Notes: generated by a model not told the origin, from the sequence alone. DNA of 64,000 nucleotides from an uncultured Gemmatimonadaceae bacterium (GCA_963843845.1 CAWJMB010000002.1:448001-512000), one strand, 5' to 3'. Counted from the stretch's first letter, positions 43,445 through 55,072 are shown. Numbers and translations: made by a program.

Positions 43445-46400
43445 ATGCTCGTCCCCTCTCGCGCCGGCCGAGTCGCGGCCGCCCTCGCCTTCGTGCCGCT
43501 CGCCGCGTGGACCGCGCAGCGCGTCGTTCCCCACTCGGCCGCGTCGGCCGCGTCGGCCGCCGCCGCGCTTCCCGACTCGTCGTTCCTCAAGTCGTATCGG
43601 TGGCGCAACATCGGCCCCGATCGCGGCGGCCGCTCGATCGCCGTCGAGCGGCGTGAAAGGCCGCCCGAACGAGGCGCTACTTCGGCGCCGTCGGCGGCGG
43701 GCTGTGGAAGACGACCGACGGCGGCGAGAACTGGGCGCCGGTGACCGACGGCCAGATCACGCAGCGCGTCGGTCGGCGCGGTCGCGGTGTCGGAGATCGA
43801 ATCCCGACGTCGTCTACATCGGCATGGGCGAGACGTGCATCCGCGGCAACATCATGCCCGGCGACGGCGTCTACAAGTCGACCGACGCCGGCAAGACGTG
43901 GACGCACATCGGCTTCCGCGACGTCGGACGCGATCTCGAAGATCCGCATCCATCCGACGAACCCGAACATCGTGTTCGTCGCGTCGTTCGGCAAGTACGG
44001 CGTCGCCGAGCGAGGAGCGCGGCGTGTTCAAGAGCGACCGACGGCGGCAAGACGTGGAAGCAGCGTGCTGTTCCGCGACGACGAAGACCGGCGCGATCGA
44101 CATCTCGATCGACCCGAACAACCCGAACGTGCATGTACGCCGCGATGTGGGAGGCGTACCGCAAGGAATACCAGATGTCGAGCGGCGGCCCGGGCAGCGG
44201 CCTGTTCAAGTGGACCGACGGCGGCGAGACGTGGACGGAGATCACGCGCAACCCGGGGCTGCCGGCCGGGCGTCGATCGGCCGCATCGGCGTCGCGGTGT
44301 CGGCGGCGAACCCGAACCGCGTGTACGCGCTCGTCGAGAACGACAACGGCGGCCTGTTCAGCTCCGACGACGCCGGCGCGACGTGGACGCTGGTGAACGC
44401 GAACCGCAACATCCGCCAGCGCGCGTTCTACTACACGCACGTCTTCGCCGACCCGAAGAACGCGGACGTCGTCTACCTGCAGAACACGGCGCCTTCCGCT
44501 CGACGGACGGCGGCAAGACGCTGCGACGAACGGTCGGCGACGGACACGCACGGCGACTTCCACGACCTGTGGATCGATCCCGACGACTCCGACGCACATG
44601 GTCGTCGCCAACGACGGCGGCGGCGCGGTGACGACGAACGACCGGCGCGCGCACGTGGACGGCGCAGGACTTCCCGACGCGCGCAGTTCTACCACGTCGT
44701 CGCGACGACGCACATGCCGTTTCACGTCTGCGGCTCGCAGCAGGACAACAGCACGCTGTGCATGCCGTACAACTGGAACCTGCGCGTCGGCGGCGGCGGC
44801 GACGCGGCGGCGGCGGCGGACGCGGCGGCGTGCACGCGCCGGCGGCATCGTACAGTCCGTCGGCGGCTCGGAGAACGGCTACATCGCGCCCGACCCGCGC
44901 GACCCCGACCTGTTCTACTCGGGCACGAACAACGGCGGCGGCTACCTCGACAAGTTCAACCGCCGCACCGGGCAGTCGCGCGAGGTGAACCCGTATCCGC
45001 GCATGTTCTCCGGGCGAGGAGTCGGCGGTACATCAAGGAGCGCTGGCAGTGGACGTACCCGATCATCTTCTCGCAGGTCGAACCCGCGCGCGCTGTACGT
45101 CTCGTCGCAGCGCCTGTGGCGGACGACGGACGGCGGCCAGACAGCTGGGAGCGCTCAGCGGCGACCTCACGCGCCACGACCCGAAGACGATGGGGCAGTC
45201 CGGCGGCCCGATCACGGGCGACATGAACGGCCCCGAGGTGTACGGCGTGATCTTCTCGGTCGGCCCGAGCAAGAAGGACGCGAACCGTGCATCTGGACCG
45301 GCTCCGACGACGGCCTGGTGCACGTCACGCGCGACGGCGGCAAGACGTGGACGAACGTGACGCCGAAGGACATGCCGGACTTCGGCCGCGTGAGCATGAT
45401 CGACGCGTCGGCGTTCGACGCGGCCACGGCGTACATCTCCGTGAAGCGGCCGCTGCTCAACGACCGCGCGCCGTACATCTTCCGGACGCACGACTACGGC
45501 CGGACGTGGACGAAGATCGTGAACGGCATCCGCGCCGACGACTACGTGCACGCCGTGCGCGAGGACCCGACGCGCAAGGGCCTGCTCTACGCCGGCACGC
45601 AGCACGGCGTGTACATCTCGTACGACGACGGCGCGAACTGGGAGTCGCTGTCGCTCAACCTGCCCGACGTGCCGGTCGTCGACCTCATCGTCGAGCCGAA
45701 CGAGCTCGCGATCGCGACGCACGGCCGCGGCTTCTGGGTGCTCGACAACATCGCGCCGCTGCGGCAGTACGCGCCGGCGATGGCCGCGTCGAGCGACCCG
45801 GTGCTGTTCGCGCCGCCGGCCGCGGTGCGCGCGACGGGGCCGGTCGCGATCAAGTACTGGCTGAAGCAGCCGGCACAGCGCGTCACGCTGGAGATCCTCG
45901 ACGCGACCGGGAAGGTGATGCGCGCGTTCGTCCCGGACACCGCGCGGGCGGGCGCGGCGAGCGCGGCGACTGCCGCGCCGAACATGGCGAGCGATTCGAT
46001 GCGCGCGGCGATGCGCGGCACCGCGGCGGCCCGGAGCCGGGCGGGCCCGACACCGCGGCCGCGGCGGGCGGCGGACCGCGTCGCGGCGGCCGCCGAGTCA
46101 GGCGCCGGCGCGGGTGGCCGGGCTGAACACCGTCACGTGGGACCTGCGCACGGCGAGCGCGACGACGTTTCCCGGGATGATGCTGTGGGGCGCGTCGACG
46201 AACGGCCCGACGGTGCCGCCGGGCACGTACACGCGTGCGGCTCACGGCCGACGGCAGGAGCGTCACGCAGCCGCTCGTCGGTGAAGCGCAACCCGCGCTT
46301 CACCGACGTCACCGACGCCGACCTGCGCGCGCAGTTCGCGCTCGCGACGCAGCATCCGCGACAAGGTGAGCGAGGCGAACGAGGCGGTCATCGACATCCG

Positions 46401-46781
46401 CGCGCATGAAGGCGCAGGTCGCCGACCGGCTGAAGAAGTCGGCCGACGCGACGCTCAAGGCGCGCGGCGACGCGCTCGTCGCGGCGATCGCGCGCGGTCG
46501 AGGAGGAGATCTACCAGGTGCGGAACCAGAGCGGGCAGGACCCGCTCAACTTCCCGATCAAGGTCAACAACCGCATCGCGTCGCTGCTCGGCGTCGTCGC
46601 GAACAGCGAGGCGCGCCCGATCGCGAACGCCGACCCGATCTTCCGCGACCTCGTCGCCGAGCTGAAGGTGCAGACCGACCGTCTGCAGCGGGTGCTGGGT
46701 ACCGAGCTCCCCGCGTTCAACGCCGAGGCGCGCCGGCTCGGGCTCGAGCAGGTGACCGCACCCCGGCCGATCGTGCAGTGA
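43445..46781 (+). CDS. BNR/VPS10 repeat putative glycosyl hydrolase (heavily frameshifted)
   Basis: YRWRNIGPDRGGRS, RQRAFYY, HGDFHDLWIDP, ATHGRGFW, QDPLNFPIKVNN. Confidence 0.82.
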
Positions 46782-49051
46782 TGCGTGCGGCCATCGTGGT
46801 CGCGTGCATGGTCCCCGGCATCGTCGAGGCGCAGCGGACGGCGGCGACGCTGTCGGGGCGCGTGACCGACACCGCGGGCGCGCCGCTCGCCGGCGCCCGC
46901 GTCACCCTCACGGAGCTGTCGCGCGAGGCGATCACGCGGGCCGACGGGCGCTACGCGTTCGCGGGGCTGCCGACCGGTCGCTACACCGTCGTCGCACGAC
47001 GGCTCGGCTACGCGTCGCGCTCGGTCGTCGTCGCGACGGCGACCGAGCGCGGGGCGCACGACTTCGCGCTCGTGCCGACCGCGTTCCGCATCGAGCCGGT
47101 GACGGTGACCGCGGCCGCGGGCCCGACCGAGGCGTTCCGCTCGGCGCGGTCGATCGGCGTGCTGACGCAGGACGCGCTGCGGCGCGAGGCGAGCATCTCG
47201 CTGGCCCACTCGCTCGTCTCGCTGCCCGGCGTGCGCTCGGTCAGCACCGGGCTCCAGATCGGCAAGCCGGTCGTGCGCGGTGTGTCGGGCGCGCGGGTCC
47301 TCACGGCGGACGACGGGCTCCGCATCGAGGACTATTCGTGGAGCGATGAGGACGCGCCGTCGATCGACGCACGCCTCGCCCAGCGCGTCGAGGTCGTGCG
47401 CGGTCCGGCGAGCGTGCTCTACGGGTCGGACGCCGTCGGCGGCGTCGTCAACGTCGTTCCCGAGGCGCTGCCGGTGGCCGAGGCGGGAGGCTCGGTTCGC
47501 CATACGAGCGCGGAGCTCTACGGCGCGACGAACAACGCGGAGGTCGGCGCGTCGCTGCGCGTGGAAGGCGCGGTCGGACGTGTGGGGTACCGCGCGTTCG
47601 GCGTCGGGCGCGTGGCCCAGAGCTACCACACGCCGGCCGGGGCGGTGGCGCACACGGGCTTCGGCGGCGGCAACGGGCAGCTCGCGGTCGGGCTGCGCGG
47701 CGCGCGGTCGAACACGACGCTGCGCGCCGTGCACTACGGCGGAGAGTTCAAGCTGCTCGAGGCGGTGCCGGCGACCGCCCCCGCCGGCGCGGCCGGGGCG
47801 GAGGAGGAGGGCCCCGAGCGCAAGCTGCTCGACGACCGGGTGCAGGTGGTGCACGAGCGCCTCGTCGGCGGGGTGCGCGTCGAGGCGAAAGGGCAGTTCC
47901 AGCGGCATTCGCTGATCGAGGTCTCCGACGACTGCATCCCGCCGCCCGGCGCGACGGCGTGCGTGAAGCCGCCGGGGGTGAAGGAGGCGACGGCGTTCGA
48001 CCTGCTGCTCAACACGGCCGTCGCCGATCTGCGCGTGCACCATGGCGGCGACCGCGACGGCGGGGTGCGCGGCACGGTCGGCGTGTCGGGGATGTACCAG
48101 ACGAGCGATTCGCGCGGCCCGATCTTCCTCGTCCCGGACGCGACGTCGGCCACCGTCGCGGGGTACGCGCTGGAGCAGTGGACGGCGGGGCGGCTCACGG
48201 TGTCGGGCGGCGCACGCGTCGACCACCGCGCGCTCCGCGCGTCGCCCAACGCGCAGCTCTCGCTCGCCCGGCGCGACGCGCGCGACTGGACGGCGGCGAC
48301 GTTCGACGCGGGGCTCGTCGTGCGGGCGACGCCGGCGCTGTCGCTCGTCGCGAGCGGCGGCACCGGGTGGCGCGCGCCGACGCTCTTCGATCTCTACGCG
48401 AACGGTCCCCAGCTCGCGGAGGCGCGCTACGAGATCGGCGACCCCGGGCTGCGCACCGAGTACGCCACGAACGGCGAGGCCGGCCTGCGCTGGTCGAGCC
48501 CGCACGTCCGCGCCGAGGCGACCGCGTTCGCCACACGGATCGACGACTTCATCTACGTGACGCCGACGGCGCAGACGGCGTCCGGGCTGCCGCTCGTTCG
48601 CCACGTCCAGACCGATGCGCGCTTCGCGGGCGTCGAGTCGCTGGCGGAGGTGGCGGTCGCGGCGCCGCTCACGCTGCGTGCGCGGCAGGACTACGTGCGC
48701 GCCACGAACCGCGCGACCGGCGCGCCGCTCCCGCTCATCCCCCCGGCGCGCGGTGCCGTCGGCGGCACGCTCCACACGACCGGCGCCGCTCACCCCACCG
48801 CGCTCTCGGCCGAGGTCGAGCACGTGGCGCGGCAGACGCGGCTCGACGTCAACGACGTGCCGACGAACGCCTACACGCTCGTGAACGTCGACGTCGAAGG
48901 GGAGCGCACGCTGCACGGGCGCGCGTACCGACTCGACGTCGGCGTGCACAACGTCGGCGACGTGGCGTACCGCGACTTCCTGAGTCGGTACAAGCGGTTC
49001 GCGCTCGATCCGGGGCGCAACGTCACCGTCCGGCTGTCGACGGGCTGGTGA
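46781..49051 (+). CDS. TonB-dependent receptor with N-terminal carboxypeptidase-regulatory-like domain
   Basis: GKPVVRG, VEVVRGPASVLYGSDAVGGVVNV, RAPTLFDLY, FLSRYK...PGRN; ends in W. Confidence 0.92.
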   Translation: MRAAIVVACMVPGIVEAQRTAATLSGRVTDTAGAPLAGARVTLTELSREAITRADGRYAFAGLPTGRYTVVARRLGYASRSVVVATATERGAHDFALVPTAFRIEPVTVTAAAGPTEAFRSARSIGVLTQDALRREASISLAHSLVSLPGVRSVSTGLQIGKPVVRGVSGARVLTADDGLRIEDYSWSDEDAPSIDARLAQRVEVVRGPASVLYGSDAVGGVVNVVPEALPVAEAGGSVRHTSAELYGATNNAEVGASLRVEGAVGRVGYRAFGVGRVAQSYHTPAGAVAHTGFGGGNGQLAVGLRGARSNTTLRAVHYGGEFKLLEAVPATAPAGAAGAEEEGPERKLLDDRVQVVHERLVGGVRVEAKGQFQRHSLIEVSDDCIPPPGATACVKPPGVKEATAFDLLLNTAVADLRVHHGGDRDGGVRGTVGVSGMYQTSDSRGPIFLVPDATSATVAGYALEQWTAGRLTVSGGARVDHRALRASPNAQLSLARRDARDWTAATFDAGLVVRATPALSLVASGGTGWRAPTLFDLYANGPQLAEARYEIGDPGLRTEYATNGEAGLRWSSPHVRAEATAFATRIDDFIYVTPTAQTASGLPLVRHVQTDARFAGVESLAEVAVAAPLTLRARQDYVRATNRATGAPLPLIPPARGAVGGTLHTTGAAHPTALSAEVEHVARQTRLDVNDVPTNAYTLVNVDVEGERTLHGRAYRLDVGVHNVGDVAYRDFLSRYKRFALDPGRNVTVRLSTGW

Positions 49052-49081
49052 TCGTCCAGCACTCTCCATTCCCACACTCGT

Positions 49082-49639
49082 ATGACCGTTCGCTCGTGGC
49101 GTCAGCTCCACCGCTGGGTCGGCTTCCCGGCCGCCGTGTTCCTGCTCTTCGCGGCGACGACGGGGACGCTCGTCGCCGGCACCGAGTTCTTCGGCGAGGA
49201 CGAGGCGCTGCGCGAGCGCACGCGTGACCTCGTGAGCCCGGTGACGGTCGCGTCGCCCGCCGCGGCGCTGGGCGACCCGCTCGCCCGCGCCGTCGCCGCC
49301 GCGGCGCAGCGCTCGGCCGGCGCGCCGATCGACAAGGTCGAGATGCAGCTCAAGGGCGACCAGCCGACGGTGACGCTCTTCACCGGCAAGCCGAACGGCG
49401 GCGAGGACCGCAAGCTCGTGTTCGACGCGCGCACCGGTACGCTGCTCCACGACGAGGCGTACGCCGACAAGCCGTTCCTCTACCGCCTGCACAGCGGCGA
49501 GGCGTTCGGCGACGGCGGGCTCGTGCTCGCGATGCTCTGGGGGCTCGCGCTCATCGTTCTGTCGATCACGGGGTTCTACATCTATTTCACGATGCGCGGC
49601 ACGCGCGAGCGGAGCGGGGTGCGGCGCGTGTTCTGGTAG
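49082..49639 (+). CDS. PepSY-associated TM helix domain protein
   Basis: WRQLHRWVG...TG; LYRLHSGE.FG...LSITGF. Confidence 0.85.
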   Translation: MTVRSWRQLHRWVGFPAAVFLLFAATTGTLVAGTEFFGEDEALRERTRDLVSPVTVASPAAALGDPLARAVAAAAQRSAGAPIDKVEMQLKGDQPTVTLFTGKPNGGEDRKLVFDARTGTLLHDEAYADKPFLYRLHSGEAFGDGGLVLAMLWGLALIVLSITGFYIYFTMRGTRERSGVRRVFW

Positions 49640-49697
49640 TTCCAATCGAGAGATTGGGATGGCAGGCGTTCCCCACTCGCTCGAAGAGGCCCATCCA

Positions 49698-52011
49698 GTG
49701 ACGCGCTTTCGCTCCGCCCGGCCTCGTCGCCAGCCTCGTCGCCAGCCTCGTCGCCAGCCTCGTCGCCAGCCTCGTCGTCCCGAGTCTCCTGAGCGCGCAG
49801 CTCGCGCCCGCGGCCGACTCCGTGCTGCGCCGCCTCTTCGCGTCGCCGACGTACACGCCCGAGCGCTTCGGGCCGGCGCAGTGGCTCGCGAGCGGCGAGC
49901 GCTACACGACGCTCGAGCCGGCGGCGGGGGGCGGGACGGACATCGTCGAGTACGACGCGGCCACGGGGCGGCGCGCGGTGAAGGTCGCGGCGGCGCGGTT
50001 GACGCCGCCGAACGCGAGCGCGCCGCTGCGCGTCGACGACTACACCTGGTCGCGCGACGGCAGTCGACTCCTCGTCTTCACGAACACCGAGCGCGTCTGG
50101 CGCGACAACACGCGCGGCGACTACTGGGTGCTCGACCTGCGCACGAACGCGCTCCGCAAGCTCGGTGGAGCGAGCGCGTCGCCGAGCACGCTGATGTACG
50201 CGAAGTTCTCGCCGGACGGCGGGCGCGTCGCGTACGTGCGCGACGGCGAGGTCTACGTCGAGCGCCTCACGGATCCCTCGCCTCGCGCAGGACAGGCTCT
50301 CCCGATCACGCGCCTCACGCGCCTCACGCGCGACGCGTCTCGCGCGCGCGTGAACGGGATGACCGACTGGGTCTACGAAGAAGAGTTCGGGTTCCGCGAC
50401 GGCTTCCGGTGGTCCCCGGACGGGCGCGCGATCGCCTACGTGCAGTTCGACATGACCGGCGTGCGCGACTTCACGCTGATCAACGACACCGACTCGCTCT
50501 ACTCGTTCACGATCCCGATCCAGTACCCGAAGGCGGGCACGACGAACTCCGCGGTGCGCGTCGGCGTCGTGAGCGCGGCCGGCGGGCCGACGACGTGGAT
50601 CACGCTGACCGGGGACCCCCGTGAACACTACCTGCCCCGGCTGGAGTGGGCGGACAGCGCGACGCTGCTCATGCAGCGCATGAACCGCCTGCAGAACGAA
50701 GACGCGCTGCTCCTCGCCGACACACGCACCGGCGCGACGCGCACGATCCTCACGGAGCGCGACAGCGCGTGGGTCGACGTCGTCGACGACGTGCGGTGGC
50801 TCGCGAACGGGCGTGAGCTGCTCTGGATCAGCGAGCGCGACGGGTGGCGCCACGCCTACGTCGTGTCGCGCGACGGACGACAGACGCGGCTCGTCACGCC
50901 GGGCGCGTTCGACGTGATCGACGTCTCGGCGGTCGACGAGGCGAACGGCTGGCTCTACTTCAGCGCCTCGCCGACGAACGCGACGCAGCGCTTCCTGTAC
51001 CGCGCATCGCTCGCCGGCGGCGCCGCTCCCGAGCGCGTGACCGCCGCCACCGCCGCGGGCACCCACACGTACGACGTGTCGCCGAACGGGCGGTGGGCGT
51101 TCCACACCTCCTCGTCGTTCGACGCGCCGCCGGTCGTGCGGCTCGTCAGCCTGCCGAACGATTCGGCCGTCCGCACCGTGCTCGCGAACGAGCGGCTCCG
51201 CGCCGCCGCCGCGCCGCTCGTCGCGCGCCGCGCCGAGTTCTTCCAGGTCGACGCCGCGGGCGTGCCGATGGACGGGTGGATGATCCGCCCGCCGACGTTC
51301 GACGCCGCGCGGCGCTACCCGGTGCTCGTGTTCGTCTACGGCGAGCCGGCGTCGCAGACGGTGGTCGATCGGTGGGGCGGCGCGCAGGGGCTCTGGTTCC
51401 GCGCGCTCGCCGACATGGGCTACGTCGTCGTCAGCATCGACAACCGCGGCACGCCGGCGCCGAAAGGGCGCGCCTGGCGAAAATCCGTGTACGGCGCGGT
51501 CGGCGTGCAGGCGAGCGCGGACCAGGCCGCGGCGTTGGGCACCCTGCTCCGCACGCGGCCGTACCTCGACGCGTCGCGCGTCGCCGTGTGGGGGTGGAGC
51601 GGCGGGGGCTCGATGACGCTCAACCTCATGTTCCGCCACCCGGAGCTGTACCACGTCGGCATGTCGGTCGCGCCGGTCCCCGACCAGCGGCTGTACGACA
51701 CGATCTACCAGGAGCGCTACATGGGGCTCCCGCAGACGAACGCCGACGGCTACCGACTCGGTTCGCCGATCACGTTCGCCGAGGGGCTGCGCGGCAGGCT
51801 GCTGCTCGTGCACGGGAGCGGCGACGACAACGTGCACTACCAGGGGACCGAGCGGCTCGTGAACCGACTCGTGTCGTTAGGCAAGACGTTCGACTTCATG
51901 GCCTACCCGAACCGCTCGCACTGCATCTGCGAGGGGGCGGGGACGACGCTGCACGTCTACTCGCTGCTCACGCGCTACCTGACGACGCACCTGCCGGCCG
52001 GCGGGCGCTGA
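49698..52011 (+). CDS. S9B dipeptidyl peptidase IV family (5' frameshift)
   Basis: DWVYEEE, YPKAG, GWSGGG nucleophile, DDNVH, RSH; GTG at 49698 is out of frame with the main ORF. Confidence 0.9.
49721..49777 (+). repeat. 12-bp tandem repeat GCCTCGTCGCCA x4.75 (LVAS repeats in signal peptide)
   Basis: Read directly from the sequence. Confidence 0.9.
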
Positions 52012-52123
52012 GCGCCCGCGCACTCGCAGCGCGGCGTCCACCCGCGGCCGTCGCCGAAGCCCATGCGGCCGCGGCGCGCCGTTCTCGCGCGCCGCGGCCT
52101 GCCGTGCGTCGATGCCGCGACGG

Positions 52124-53914
52124 CTACGCCATCGTCGGCCGCTTCCGCTGGACGTCGGAGTGGAGCTGGAACTGGTGCGCCACGCCGAGGATGACGTCGT
52201 CGTTGTAGAGCTGCCCGGTGACGACGGCGCCGATCGGCTGCGGCTTTCCCTCGATGCGCGGCGCGTTCGCCGCGTTCGGCCCGCCGCCTCCCTGGGCCGG
52301 GACGTCGAACTTGTAGGGCACGACGGCGCACGGGTGTCCCGTCTGCGCGTTCGGCCCGACGTCGGCCTGCGGGGCGCCGACGAAGCAGTCGAGGTCCTTC
52401 ATGAAGTCGGCCCACTTCGCGACGAGCGCGTAGCGGCGCCGCTGCTGCTGCAGGAACTCGTACGCCTTCACCGTGCGCCCGACGACGAAGCGCGGGTTCC
52501 AGTCGGCGGGGGCCATCGGCGTGCCGGCGGAGGCCATCGGCGACGTGCCCGGGTACGGCGTGCCCCCCGTCGCCGGCGGCGCGACGACGGTGTTCAGATC
52601 GAGCCCGATCTCCTTCGCCTTGCGCTGCACGTAGTCGTCGAACGCCGCCGCGTACTCGACGTTGAGCCCGCCGCCGCCGATGCCGGGGACGGTCGGGCGC
52701 GGGCCGATCTCGGCGGGCCGCATGCCCAACGCCCTCAGCCCGTCGACGAACTCCTTCGGCGCCTGCGCGTCGACGCCGATGCGGAGCGAGGCGAGCTTGA
52801 GGTTGCGATCGAAGCGGAACGGCGTCGTCACCGTCGACGGATCGCCCGGGTCGGCGCCGTGGATGTAGTGAAAGACCATCGCCGCGTCTTCGACCGTCCG
52901 CGTGATCGGGCCGACGCGGTCCTGCGTCCACGCGAGCACCATCCCGCCGGCGCGGCTCACGCGCCCGAACGTCGGCCGGAGCGCGCTCACGCCGCACCGG
53001 ATCGCCGGCGACACGATCGAGCCCTGCGTCTCGGTGCCGATGCCGAACGCGACGCACCCGGCCGCCGTGGCCGACGCCGGCCCGGCCGACGAGCCGCTGC
53101 TGCCTAACGCGAGGTTCCACGGATTGTTCGTGCGCCCGCCGAACCACTGATCGTTCTGCGCGAACAGTCCGGTCGTCAGCTTCGCGACCATGACCGCGCC
53201 GGCGTTCCGCAGCCGCGTCACGACCTCGGCGTCCTCGTCGACGATGCGCGTCTCGAAGTCCTTCGCGCCCCACGTCGTCGGGAGCCCCTTCGTCCAGAAC
53301 AGGTCCTTGAGCCCGTACGGCACGCCGTGCAGCGGCCCACGATACTTCCCGGCCGCGATCTCGCGGTCCATCTGCGCCGCCTCGGCGAGCGCCTGCGCGC
53401 GCGGGATCGTCACCGCGAAGCGGAGCGTCGGGTTGTAGCGCTCGAGCCGGTCGAGGTAGATCGTCGTGATCCGCGTCGACGTCAGCTTCTTCGCCTTGAT
53501 GAGCGCCGAGATGCGGTGCGCGGGGAGGAACGCGAGGTCCTCGTCGGCGGTCGGGACTGCCCCCTTCCACGGCTCGACGGTGAACGTGCCGCGCTCGAAC
53601 GCGGCGGCGCCGCGCTCGCGGATCAGCTTCTCCATGAGCGCGCCGGTCCCGCCGACGTACGGCATGAACTGCTCGGCCGGCGGCTCGCCGTTGCCCAACG
53701 CGAGCGGCGGGACGGCGGGCTGTGCGGGGGGCTGGCCGCCGCCGGTGCCGCGCTGCGCCCACGCGGCGTGCGCGCCGAACGTCGTCGCGGCGGCGGTGAG
53801 CAGCGACGTGAACAGGAACTCGCGGCGGTCGACGCCGGTGGCGTGCTCGGCCTGTTCGGCGCGCGCGGCGAGCTCGGGCTCGAGGGCGGCGAGGAGATCT
53901 TCGGGGCGGTCCAA
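52124..53914 (-). CDS. Amidase signature family protein with Tat signal
   Basis: DRREFL twin-Arg; GPLHGVPYGLKD, SSGSSAG, GTETQGSIVSP; TTG start after GGAGG. Confidence 0.88.
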   Translation of the reverse strand: MDRPEDLLAALEPELAARAEQAEHATGVDRREFLFTSLLTAAATTFGAHAAWAQRGTGGGQPPAQPAVPPLALGNGEPPAEQFMPYVGGTGALMEKLIRERGAAAFERGTFTVEPWKGAVPTADEDLAFLPAHRISALIKAKKLTSTRITTIYLDRLERYNPTLRFAVTIPRAQALAEAAQMDREIAAGKYRGPLHGVPYGLKDLFWTKGLPTTWGAKDFETRIVDEDAEVVTRLRNAGAVMVAKLTTGLFAQNDQWFGGRTNNPWNLALGSSGSSAGPASATAAGCVAFGIGTETQGSIVSPAIRCGVSALRPTFGRVSRAGGMVLAWTQDRVGPITRTVEDAAMVFHYIHGADPGDPSTVTTPFRFDRNLKLASLRIGVDAQAPKEFVDGLRALGMRPAEIGPRPTVPGIGGGGLNVEYAAAFDDYVQRKAKEIGLDLNTVVAPPATGGTPYPGTSPMASAGTPMAPADWNPRFVVGRTVKAYEFLQQQRRRYALVAKWADFMKDLDCFVGAPQADVGPNAQTGHPCAVVPYKFDVPAQGGGGPNAANAPRIEGKPQPIGAVVTGQLYNDDVILGVAHQFQLHSDVQRKRPTMA

Positions 53915-54007
53915 CGGGTCCTCCGAGGTGATGGGGCGCGAACGAATACGATAGCCGGGTGCGGGCGTCGGGACGACGGGTGGGGGGGGCGGTTTCCGAA
54001 CGGCGTG

Positions 54008-54272
54008 ACGGCGGTGACGGTGCTGCGGGGTCGGTACGGCGGTTTCTCTACGGCGTGAGGGCGCCGTCGGTACGGCGCTGGCGATACGGCGGGGAATCGG
54101 AAGGTGCCTAACGGCACGGCCCGGCCGCTCGTGACGGGTCGTCAGGCCATGCCCGTCACCCACCTCCGCACCCCCGCCGTACCGACGGCGCCGTAGCGAC
54201 AGCGCCGTATCGGCAGCGCCCTCACGCCGTCTCGGAACCGCCGTAGAGACCCCGCCCCACCGTCACCGCCGT
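54008..54272. repeat. ~265-bp imperfect palindromic element with periodic TACGGCG units
   Basis: Arms 54008-54106 and 54161-54272 are imperfect reverse complements. Confidence 0.8.
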
Positions 54273-54653
54273 ATCGACCGCCCCCACCCTCGCCCTGACC
54301 GCCTCGAAGTCGAGCACCGGCCGCACCTCCACGCACCCGTACTCCGACCACGGGAACGTCGCCGCGATCGCGACCGCCTCGTCGATGTCGGCCGCCTCGA
54401 TGAGGTTGAAGCCGCCGAGCACCTCCTTCGCCTCGCTGAACGGGCCATCGAGCGCGGCGAGCCGCCCGCCGCGGCGCCGCACCGCCTTCGCCGTCGGCGC
54501 GGGGGCGAGCATCTGGCTGTCGTGCAACGTGCCGCGGCGGCGCAGCGCGTCGGCGTTCGCGATGCAGCCGTGCAGCAGCGTGTCCATGCGCCCCGGCGGG
54601 AGCGCGTCGACGAGCGTCGGGTCGAGGTAGATCAGCAGCGCGAACTGCGGCAT
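54222..54653 (-). CDS. YciI family protein (DGPF type)
   Basis: DGPFSEAKEVLGGFNLIEAADIDEA...VEVRP. Confidence 0.9.
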   Translation of the reverse strand: MPQFALLIYLDPTLVDALPPGRMDTLLHGCIANADALRRRGTLHDSQMLAPAPTAKAVRRRGGRLAALDGPFSEAKEVLGGFNLIEAADIDEAVAIAATFPWSEYGCVEVRPVLDFEAVRARVGAVDTAVTVGRGLYGGSETA

Positions 54654-54667
54654 GGGCGCGGGAGGGG

Positions 54668-55063
54668 TCAGGGTAAGTTGAGCTGCCACGACACGCCGAA
54701 GCGGTCGCTGCACCAGCCGAAGCGCGCGCTGAAGCCATAGTCGCCGAGCGGCATGAGCACGGCGCCGCCGGCGGCGAGCGCGGCGAACGCCGTCTCCAGC
54801 TCCTCCGCGCTCGCGCAGTCGACGAACAGCGACATCGACGGCGTGAACGTGAACGCATGCGGCATCGGGCTGTCGATGCAGGCCAGGCGGTGGCCGGCGA
54901 TCGTGAACGTCGCGCGCTTGACCGAGCCCTCGGGCCCCGCCTCCCCGGCGCCGTAGCGCTCGACGCTCGTGACCTCGGAGCCGGCGAACAGCGCGACGTA
55001 GGCGCGCATCGCCTCCTCGGCCGCGCCTTCGAACATGAGCTGTGTGGTGACCGTCTGTGGCAT
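54668..55063 (-). CDS. VOC family PhnB/3-demethylubiquinone-9 3-methyltransferase-like protein
   Basis: LMFEG.AEEA..Y, FTFTPSMSLFV, FGWCSDRFGVSWQL. Confidence 0.9.
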   Translation of the reverse strand: MPQTVTTQLMFEGAAEEAMRAYVALFAGSEVTSVERYGAGEAGPEGSVKRATFTIAGHRLACIDSPMPHAFTFTPSMSLFVDCASAEELETAFAALAAGGAVLMPLGDYGFSARFGWCSDRFGVSWQLNLP

Positions 55064-55072
55064 ATTCGCGGA

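Noticed and set aside
46511..49645. Long antisense or alternative-frame ORFs (e.g. 46511..49645 -, 3182..4954 +, 26922..29348 -, 49582..51837 -)
   Set aside because: Arg/Ala/Pro-rich shadow ORFs expected at this GC content, overlapping well-supported genes.
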